A stretch of 59,965 bases of DNA. Origin: Candidatus Woesearchaeota archaeon (GTDB taxonomy: Archaea > Nanobdellota > Nanobdellia > Woesearchaeales > GW2011-AR4). The DNA lies in assembly GCA_016177615.1 (NCBI GenBank), contig JACOUX010000019.1:1-59965 (forward strand). The letters run 5' to 3'. The position numbers and the translations under genes are program-made. Each line of letters opens with the position of its first letter. Within the stretch, counting starts at the first letter, position 1. The notes beneath the pieces are model-generated. The model was not told the origin of the DNA, ran no database searches, and was given only the letters and a program-made list of their open reading frames with translations. Shown piece after piece: positions 53,520 to 59,965 of this stretch.

Positions 53520-53876
53520 ATGAGTTTGGAAACAGCCGGCGCAAGCGAAAAAAGCACTATAGAGGCAGAAATCCTTCTTGATATACGGGATGCTGAGAAA
53601 AAGGCAGAGGAGACAATAGAAAGGGCAATGAGGGAAAAAGACTCCATTGTCCGTGACGCCCAGCTAAACGCCCATAATCTTCTTACAACAAAGGAAGAGG
53701 AGTTAAGGAAGCTTCATGAAAAAAAGCTGTCGGAATTTCAGGCAAAGGCAAAAGTCATAAAGGAAGAGAAATTGGCGGAAGGCAAATCCGTTTCCAGGCA
53801 GCTGAAGCTAAAGGCAGAGAAAAACATTCCAAAGGCCATTGACATTGTCTTGAAAAAATTCGAGGAGATGGTGTAA
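53520..53876 (+). CDS. atpH: A-type ATP synthase subunit H
   Basis: 118-aa Glu/Lys-rich coiled-coil protein at the first position of the H-I-K-E-C-F-A operon. Confidence 0.7.
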   Translation: MSLETAGASEKSTIEAEILLDIRDAEKKAEETIERAMREKDSIVRDAQLNAHNLLTTKEEELRKLHEKKLSEFQAKAKVIKEEKLAEGKSVSRQLKLKAEKNIPKAIDIVLKKFEEMV

Positions 53877-55709
53877 ATGCTCAGGCCGTATGACATGAGT
53901 AATGTGATTATCACTGGCCCTAAGAATATCCAGGCGCCGGTAGTGAGGGAGCTGCACGATATGAAAATCCTTCACATTGTGGACCATTCAAAAAGCGAGT
54001 TGGCTGATATAGGGGTGCCTATGGAAGACGCTTCAAGGCTTTCCGATGCACTAGTCAAGGTAAGGTCACTGATGTCTTCATTGGGCGTAAAGAGAAATGG
54101 CGAAGGATTTATCCTGAAAAAAGGCATTGCAGAGATTGAATCAACTGTCAAAAAACTGAATGAGCAGCTGAGCTTATATCTTGAGGACTCGAAGAAAACA
54201 GAATCGCTTTTGTCAAATGCCGAATCAGTGAGGCAGGAGCTTGAGCTGCTGAAGAGTGTTGATATTCCCTTAGAATTGCTTGCGCCGTACAAGTCATTGG
54301 CGGTATTTGCTGGCTATGCAAGAGGCACCTCGTCATTGAGAACGGCTCTTTCCGCTGTTACCCAAAAATACACTCTCTTTGAAGGGGCTGCAAGCAAAAA
54401 ATCATTCATAGCCATGTTTATTGATATTAAGCACAGCCAGCATGCAAAATATGCATTGGAAAAAAGCGGGTTTTTGCAGGTTAACTTTGCCCATGCAGGA
54501 AATCTAAGGGGAACTGCCTCTTACAACCTTGTAAAAACTGAAAAAGAAATCAAGAGGCTTAGCAGCCGCAAGGCAGAGATAAGGGAAAGCATTTCCAGGC
54601 TGCATGACACTTACAGGGGGTTCCTGCTCGCATCGGAAGAATACTTGGCATCACAACTGGAAAAATCTGAAGCGCCTTTGAGGTTTGCATCAACAAGTTC
54701 AAGCTTTCTTATAAAAGGCTGGATTCCAAGCGATGAACTGAGCTCGTCAATTGAAAGAATCCACAAGGCCACCAAGAACAAGGTTTATGTGCATTTCGAG
54801 CCTCCGAAAAGGCAAGACAAGGTGCCTGTCAAGCTCAAAAACCCGAAATTCGCAAAGCCGTTTGAGTTTTTCATAGACCTTTACAGCATGCCGATGTACA
54901 GAGAGATTGACCCGACATTTTTCATATTTTTGACTTTTCCTATTTTCTACGGAATCATGCTGGGCGATGTTGGTTATGGGCTATTGAGCTTGGCATTATT
55001 CTGGATTTTAAAGAAAAAGATTCCAAGTGGCACACGATTGCTCAGTGTGCTAATGTTGGCTTCATTCGTTACTATCTTATTTGGTTTTTTCTTTGGAGAA
55101 TTTTTCGGCTATGAATTTATACATCCTGTAATCAGCAGAGAGCACGATATGTTCACTCTGATGTATTTTGCTGTCGGAGTTGGTGTAGTTCATGTAAACA
55201 TAGGTCTCATAATCGGATTTTTCAATGAACTACGATGGCACGGATTTGTGCATGCATTATTTGGAAAGCTAAGCTGGTTTGTTTTAGAAGCAGGGGTTGC
55301 TCTATCAGTTTTATCTATAATTGGGATAATTCCAATATCTATTGCGTATGGGGCAGCTCTTGTAGCAGTCGCAATTTTTATGCTAGTCAAAGGCGAAGGT
55401 TTTAAAGGCATAATAGAACTTCCGTCAATTTTTGCTAACATGCTGTCATATGCAAGGCTGATGGCGATAGGCTTGTCTTCGGTTGTATTGGCTATTATAG
55501 TCAACAGGTCTTCCTTTCATTTTATTGAAAAAGGCGGATTGCTTATATTGGTTGGTATAATAATTTTGATAATTGGGCATGCCATCAATATTGTTTTGGG
55601 ATTGGTCGGCGGATTTTTGCATTCAATGCGATTGCATTATGTCGAGTTTTTTTCAAAATTTTTTGCAGGAGGGGCTCCCAAATATTATCCATTCGGAGCG
55701 AAGGAATAA
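53877..55709 (+). CDS. atpI: A-type ATP synthase subunit I (stator a-subunit)
   Basis: 610 aa. Soluble N-terminal half and a 7-8 TM C-terminal half with the conserved LSYARLMAIGL (essential Arg) and HxxRLxxVEF segments. Confidence 0.9.
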   Translation: MLRPYDMSNVIITGPKNIQAPVVRELHDMKILHIVDHSKSELADIGVPMEDASRLSDALVKVRSLMSSLGVKRNGEGFILKKGIAEIESTVKKLNEQLSLYLEDSKKTESLLSNAESVRQELELLKSVDIPLELLAPYKSLAVFAGYARGTSSLRTALSAVTQKYTLFEGAASKKSFIAMFIDIKHSQHAKYALEKSGFLQVNFAHAGNLRGTASYNLVKTEKEIKRLSSRKAEIRESISRLHDTYRGFLLASEEYLASQLEKSEAPLRFASTSSSFLIKGWIPSDELSSSIERIHKATKNKVYVHFEPPKRQDKVPVKLKNPKFAKPFEFFIDLYSMPMYREIDPTFFIFLTFPIFYGIMLGDVGYGLLSLALFWILKKKIPSGTRLLSVLMLASFVTILFGFFFGEFFGYEFIHPVISREHDMFTLMYFAVGVGVVHVNIGLIIGFFNELRWHGFVHALFGKLSWFVLEAGVALSVLSIIGIIPISIAYGAALVAVAIFMLVKGEGFKGIIELPSIFANMLSYARLMAIGLSSVVLAIIVNRSSFHFIEKGGLLILVGIIILIIGHAINIVLGLVGGFLHSMRLHYVEFFSKFFAGGAPKYYPFGAKE

Positions 55710-55725
55710 CATTAAATAACAAGAT

Positions 55726-55761
55726 AGGAGGTAAGGCAAAAACAAATTTTGCTGACCTCCT
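55726..55761 (+). promoter_or_regulatory. Stem-loop in the atpI-atpK spacer that pairs an SD-like AGGAGGU
   Basis: AGGAGGU-aag-GCAAAA-acaaa-UUUUGC-ug-ACCUCCU. A second, free GGAGGU lies at 55773-55778, 8 nt before the atpK ATG. Confidence 0.5.
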
Positions 55762-55785
55762 CATAGCAATTCGGAGGTAAAGAAA

Positions 55786-56013
55786 ATGGTAGAGCTTGGA
55801 AGTGGATTGGTGGCTTTGGCATCCGCACTTGCGATTGGTATAAGCGCAGTTGCAGCAGCCTGGGCCGAAAAAGAGATTGGCGTAGCTGCCGTAGGAGCTA
55901 TGGCGGAAAAAGAAGAGTTGTTCGGTAAGGGATTAATCCTTACTGTAATCCCGGAAACAATTGTTATATTCGGGCTGATTATGTCAATTATAATACTAGT
56001 ATTGACAAAGTAA
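55786..56013 (+). CDS. atpK: A-type ATP synthase subunit K (proteolipid c, single hairpin)
   Basis: 75 aa with two TM helices and the ion-binding Glu in VIPETIVIFG. Confidence 0.85.
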   Translation: MVELGSGLVALASALAIGISAVAAAWAEKEIGVAAVGAMAEKEELFGKGLILTVIPETIVIFGLIMSIIILVLTK

Positions 56014-56021
56014 GCTAAAAA

Positions 56022-56567
56022 ATGGGCCTCGAATCAGTGAAGGAAGAGATACTTGGCAATGCAAAGGAGCAGGCAAACTCCTTGATAGCAGAAGGCAGAA
56101 AGGAAGCTAATAGGATAATGAGGGAAAATGAGAAAAAAATCGAGGAGTTGAAGGAAAAAAGCGATGCAGAAACTAAGAAAATTATCGATACATTAAGAAA
56201 GCAGGAATCTGCATCTTCGGAAATGGAAGCCAAAAAAATGATTTTAGAAGCCAAAAAGCAGATTATTGAAAGCGTTTTCAGCGATGCTCTTAAAAAACTT
56301 GAGGCGCAGGATGACAAAAAGAGGGAAAATTACATAAAAAGGCTGCTGGAGAGGGCAAAAAAAGACATAGAAGTGTCGTATGTTTGCTGCAACAAGAGAG
56401 ATGCAAAATTCCTCAAGGGATTTAGTGCAGAGCCGATTAGCATCGCAGGCGGCATAATAGCAGAGAACAATGAAAGGACAATAAGGGTTGATTACAGCTT
56501 TGATACACTGCTGCAGGGCATAAAGGAAAGCGAGCTGCAGAACATCAGCAAAATTTTATTTGGATGA
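56022..56567 (+). CDS. atpE: A-type ATP synthase subunit E
   Basis: 181 aa with a long N-terminal coiled coil (ILGNAKEQANSLIAEGRKEA...) and a globular C-terminus. Operon position fits. Confidence 0.8.
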   Translation: MGLESVKEEILGNAKEQANSLIAEGRKEANRIMRENEKKIEELKEKSDAETKKIIDTLRKQESASSEMEAKKMILEAKKQIIESVFSDALKKLEAQDDKKRENYIKRLLERAKKDIEVSYVCCNKRDAKFLKGFSAEPISIAGGIIAENNERTIRVDYSFDTLLQGIKESELQNISKILFG

Positions 56568-56570
56568 AAA

Positions 56571-57650
56571 ATGCTTAAGCTAGAAGAACCGAAACTGGAG
56601 AAGATAAAGCTTGGGTTTTATCCCTACACTTATGTAAGGACTGTTGTAATGCGCTCGCTTCTTTTCAGGAGGGACGACTATATCAAGATGCTCAAGATGA
56701 GCTTCAGCGAGATTGCAAAATTCCTTCAGGAGTCCCACTACAGGAAGGAAATAAATGAATTTGGGACATCTTATTCAGGAGTTGATCTTTTGGAGCTGGC
56801 ATTGAACAGGAACTTGGCAGGGTCATTCAAGAAGCTCATGAGAGTTTCTTCCTATGAGCTCGGGCTTCTGGTGAAAGAATATGCAAAGCGAAAAGATATA
56901 GAAGACATCAAGACAATTTTAAGGGGGAAATTTACACATGCAAATGAAAAAGACATTCTAAATTCTTTGACAGCAGCAGGAACATTGAGTTATGATTTTC
57001 TTGTTTCTCTTTTGAAAAAAGATTCAATAGAGGAAGTGCTTAAAACTATTAGAATGGCTGATTTCGCTATGTTTGAAAATGGCCTGAAGGAGCTAAAAGA
57101 AAAAAATACTCTTGCAGGGATAGAAAATGCTCTTGACCAGTATTATTATGCCCATCTGCTCATGTTTTCCGGGACATTGCCAAAAGAAGGCGCTTTATTC
57201 AAGAATTTCCTGCTCAAGGAAATTGAGGTATTAAACTTGCTTACATTGCTGAGGCTGAAAAAGGCAAATTTTGATCCTAAGTCTATTAAGTATTTCCTGA
57301 TATTGACGGGCTATAAGAAAAAAGACTCAAAGTTTAATGCTTTAATAAGCACAAAAGATCTTGAAGATCTCTCAAAGCGGATGTCCAAGACAGAATATAA
57401 GGATATTTTTGAAAAGGGCATGGAGGAATTCACTAAAAACAGGTCATTAATCATGCTTGAAACAAGGCTTTACAAGCATCTGCTGAGGCAGTCAATCCTG
57501 CTTTTGCACCAGCACATGCTCTCGGTTGATGTAATCCTTGGCTACATGTTCGCAAAGGACATTGAAATCAGGAACTTAAGGATAATAATCAAGGGAAAAC
57601 AGCTTGGCTTGAGCGAACAGTTCATCGAAAGCCAGCTGGTGTATGAATAA
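56571..57650 (+). CDS. atpC: A-type ATP synthase subunit C (eukaryotic d homolog)
   Basis: 359 aa, all-helical. YPYTYVRTVVMRS N-terminus and C-terminal IEIRNLRIIIKGK are typical of subunit C. Confidence 0.8.
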   Translation: MLKLEEPKLEKIKLGFYPYTYVRTVVMRSLLFRRDDYIKMLKMSFSEIAKFLQESHYRKEINEFGTSYSGVDLLELALNRNLAGSFKKLMRVSSYELGLLVKEYAKRKDIEDIKTILRGKFTHANEKDILNSLTAAGTLSYDFLVSLLKKDSIEEVLKTIRMADFAMFENGLKELKEKNTLAGIENALDQYYYAHLLMFSGTLPKEGALFKNFLLKEIEVLNLLTLLRLKKANFDPKSIKYFLILTGYKKKDSKFNALISTKDLEDLSKRMSKTEYKDIFEKGMEEFTKNRSLIMLETRLYKHLLRQSILLLHQHMLSVDVILGYMFAKDIEIRNLRIIIKGKQLGLSEQFIESQLVYE

Positions 57651-57721
57651 GATTTCATGATTAACAGCTTATCAACCCAATAAATAATAAACAAATAAAA
57701 TCATAAAACAAATTTTAAAAA

Positions 57722-58021
57722 ATGGTTAAAATAGCCGTTGCAGGAACTAATGAATTTGTTGTGGGATTCCAATTAGCCGGAATAAAGGACACAATTGAGT
57801 TTGGAAGCAATTCATTTGCCGAATTAAGGAATTTAAAAAGCAGGAAGGACCTAGGCATAGTTGTTGTTGATGAAAAAATAATTGACTCATTGGATATTCA
57901 TCAGCGCCTGGATATTGAGGCATCTGTTGATCCTGTGTTCATTCCGGTTTCAACAAAGGTTGAGCAAGACAGCTTAAGGCGATTAATCAGAAAATCCATA
58001 GGAGTTGACTTATGGAAGTAA
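57722..58021 (+). CDS. atpF: A-type ATP synthase subunit F
   Basis: 99 aa. MVKIAVAGTNEFVVGFQLAGI is the subunit F signature. Confidence 0.8.
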   Translation: MVKIAVAGTNEFVVGFQLAGIKDTIEFGSNSFAELRNLKSRKDLGIVVVDEKIIDSLDIHQRLDIEASVDPVFIPVSTKVEQDSLRRLIRKSIGVDLWK

Positions 58022-58025
58022 CAAT

Positions 58026-58059
58026 AAAAAAAATTTCAAGCAAAGCTTGAAATTTTTTT
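58026..58059. terminator. Perfect palindromic hairpin with A8/T7 flanks between atpF and atpA
   Basis: AAAAAAAA-TTTCAAGC-aaa-GCTTGAAA-TTTTTTT. It resembles an intrinsic terminator on both strands yet sits inside the operon. Confidence 0.45.
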
Positions 58060-58086
58060 CAAATTATCAAGTTATGGAGGATAGCA

Positions 58087-59814
58087 ATGGAAGATAAAGG
58101 AGTGATTTATCGAATAGCAGGCCCTGTTGTTGTAGCCAAAGGCATAAAGCCAAGGATGTATGACGTTTGCAGGGTTGGAAACGAGAAGCTGATGGGGGAG
58201 GTAATTCAGATTGAAGGGAACAAAGTCATTATTCAGGTTTATGAGGATACCTCTGGAATAAAGCCAGGGGAGCAGGTAATAAATACAGGAGAGCCGCTAA
58301 AAGTTGAGCTTGGGCCTGGAATGCTTGGAAGCATTTATGACGGAATACAAAGGCCATTGCCTGTCCTAATAAAGCAGATGGGTGATTTCATAAAGAGGGG
58401 CGTTGATGCTCCAGGGCTTGATCCGCAAAAAAAGTGGGATTTCGAGGCAACTGCAAAAAAAGGAGAAGAGACTACTGGCGGCAGCATTATTGGCGAGGTT
58501 GAAGAGAATCCCGGGATAACCCATCGAATCCTTGCTCCTCCAAATCAAAAAGGCAAGATTGCTGAAATAAAATCCGGGAAATTTGCAGTTAATGATGTTG
58601 TTGGAAAGCTCGATAATGGCTTTGAGCTGAGACTAAAGCACAATTGGCCTGTAAGAATCGCAAGGCCTGTGACATCAAAACTGAAGCCAGAAGCGCCATT
58701 AATAACAGGGCAGAGAATCTTTGATGCATTGTTTCCGTTGGCAAAAGGAGGAGTTGCGGCTATACCAGGGCCGTTTGGAGCCGGGAAAACGGTGAGCCAG
58801 CAAAGTCTTGCAAAATGGTCTGATGCAGACATTATAGTTTATGTTGGCTGCGGTGAAAGGGGAAATGAGATGACAGAAGTTTTGACAGAATTTCCCGAAC
58901 TGACTGACCCAAGAAGCGGAAAGCCCTTAATGAACAGGACAGTTTTGATAGCAAACACTTCCAACATGCCAGTTGCAGCAAGGGAAGCAAGCATTTACAC
59001 AGGCATTACAATTGCGGAATATTACCGTGATATGGGATATTCAGTCGCGCTGATGGCAGACTCAACCTCAAGATGGGCAGAGGCAATGAGGGAAATTTCA
59101 TCAAAGCTGGAAGAAATGCCAGGCGAAGAGGGCTATCCTGCTTACTTATCAACAAGACTTGCGCAATTCTATGAGAGGTCAGGAAGAGTTATTCCGCTTG
59201 GAACAAAAAAAGAAGGCAGCGTAAGCGTGATTGGGGCAGTCTCTCCCCCTGGCGGAGATTTTTCAGAGCCAGTCACTCAAAGCACTTTAAGGGTTACAAA
59301 GGTTTTCTGGGCGCTTGATGCAAAGCTCGCCCAACGAAGGCACTTTCCCTCAATAAACTGGTTGACCTCTTACTCACTTTACCTAAGGACACTGGAGCCA
59401 TGGTTCTCAAAGAATGTTGCGCAGGACTGGCACAGCCTTGTTGGAGAGATGATGAGCGTTCTTCAGGAAGAGGAAAAATTATTGGAAATTGTGCAGCTTG
59501 TCGGCTCAGACGCTTTGCCTGAAAGGCAGCAAGTAACACTTCAAGTTGCGAGGCTGATACGAGAAGTGCTATTACAGCAGAACGCTTTCCATGAGATTGA
59601 TGCTTATTGCGAACTTAAAAAAACATATCAGATTATGAAGTCAATATCACATTTTTCAAGGCTTGCAAATTCCGCGCTTGACTCGGGCATGAGGCTTCAT
59701 CAGATAACTGCAACAAAGGCAAAAGACAGGCTAGGAGAAGTGAAGTTCGTAAAGGATTATGAGAAGCTGCTTGATGAATTGAAAAGCCAGATGGAAAAAG
59801 AGCTGAAGGTTTAA
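58087..59814 (+). CDS. atpA: A-type ATP synthase catalytic subunit A
   Basis: Walker [10 protein letters not shown], the non-homologous region typical of A subunits, and the SRWAEALREIS-like [15 protein letters not shown]; 575 aa. GGAGG ribosome-binding site upstream. Confidence 0.95.
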   Translation: MEDKGVIYRIAGPVVVAKGIKPRMYDVCRVGNEKLMGEVIQIEGNKVIIQVYEDTSGIKPGEQVINTGEPLKVELGPGMLGSIYDGIQRPLPVLIKQMGDFIKRGVDAPGLDPQKKWDFEATAKKGEETTGGSIIGEVEENPGITHRILAPPNQKGKIAEIKSGKFAVNDVVGKLDNGFELRLKHNWPVRIARPVTSKLKPEAPLITGQRIFDALFPLAKGGVAAIPGPFGAGKTVSQQSLAKWSDADIIVYVGCGERGNEMTEVLTEFPELTDPRSGKPLMNRTVLIANTSNMPVAAREASIYTGITIAEYYRDMGYSVALMADSTSRWAEAMREISSKLEEMPGEEGYPAYLSTRLAQFYERSGRVIPLGTKKEGSVSVIGAVSPPGGDFSEPVTQSTLRVTKVFWALDAKLAQRRHFPSINWLTSYSLYLRTLEPWFSKNVAQDWHSLVGEMMSVLQEEEKLLEIVQLVGSDALPERQQVTLQVARLIREVLLQQNAFHEIDAYCELKKTYQIMKSISHFSRLANSALDSGMRLHQITATKAKDRLGEVKFVKDYEKLLDELKSQMEKELKV

Positions 59815-59815
59815 G

Positions 59816-59965
59816 ATGAATAATCAAGTATTAATTATAAAAAATAACCATACTGAAGCACCAGGGCTGATAAGGGCTGTTTTGGAGGAAAAGAAAGTGC
59901 AATTCAAAGTTTTTAATTCCAGAAGAACAAGTCACTTTCCAGATCCTAGGGATTATCTGGCTGTC
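59816..59965 (+). CDS. 5' part of a CDS running off the right edge; class I glutamine amidotransferase-like N-terminus (not atpB)
   Basis: ATG lies 1 nt after the atpA stop and is open for 50 codons. MNNQVLIIKNNHTEAPGLIRAVLEEKKVQFKVF resembles GATase1 N-termini (IIxH...GPG). It bears no resemblance to ATPase subunit B. Confidence 0.35.
   Translation, partial: MNNQVLIIKNNHTEAPGLIRAVLEEKKVQFKVFNSRRTSHFPDPRDYLAV

Noticed and set aside
55786-56013. Whether the proteolipid (VIPETIVIFG) carries a Na+-binding signature
   Set aside because: The call needs residues on helix 1 (a Gln/Glu) and precise alignment to characterised Na+-dependent c/K subunits. I cannot align reliably by eye, so I make no claim.
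1-59965. Search for CRISPR arrays, rRNA genes, IS elements or transposases and long tandem repeats
   Set aside because: I saw no regularly spaced direct repeats of 24-40 nt, no rRNA-like conserved blocks and no transposase or integrase motifs. The only mobile element supported is the intein. The truncated HTH peptide at 1-96 is too short to call as a transposase.

Overview
This is a gene-dense archaeal contig. The archaeal markers are AglB/STT3 with a WWDFG motif, GatD and GatE, an ATP-dependent DNA ligase, CDC48, an Lrp/AsnC regulator, an A-type ATPase operon in the order H-I-K-E-C-F-A, and a tRNA with a bulge-helix-bulge intron. Moderate-to-low G+C, very short intergenic gaps and minimal protein architectures suggest a small-genome (DPANN-like) lineage, but that is inference only. 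Positions 1-38000 form one large surface-glycosylation super-locus. It contains about ten GT-A/GT-B glycosyltransferases, six polytopic GT-C-like membrane proteins including AglB and two YfhO-like proteins, and two GT9 heptosyltransferase-like genes. It also holds formyltransferase, PIG-L deacetylase and methyltransferase tailoring genes. Its centre is a 14-gene translationally coupled minus-strand operon (17984-29446). That operon encodes both the GDP-alpha and the ADP-beta heptose activation routes, two radical-SAM enzymes, a deoxyhypusine-synthase-like protein and a cupin. An RHH-fused pseudo-nucleotidyltransferase, a candidate regulator, is transcribed divergently from it. A lower-G+C two-gene cassette (Nudix-like plus IMPase-like, 30497-32541) interrupts the locus. 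Positions 38000-59965 hold housekeeping genes: DNA ligase, CDC48 split by a 468-aa LAGLIDADG intein, gatD, a short gatE, tRNA-Arg(CCU) with a 32-nt intron carrying a box C/D-type K-turn motif, and the ATPase operon. A DUF433/DUF5615 toxin-antitoxin pair and a small accessory island (Lrp with an operator array, orphan genes, an AbiE-like pair, Fic) sit among them, the island lying between gatD and gatE. I found no rRNA, CRISPR array or IS element. All functional calls rest on motif and architecture recognition by eye, with no database search.
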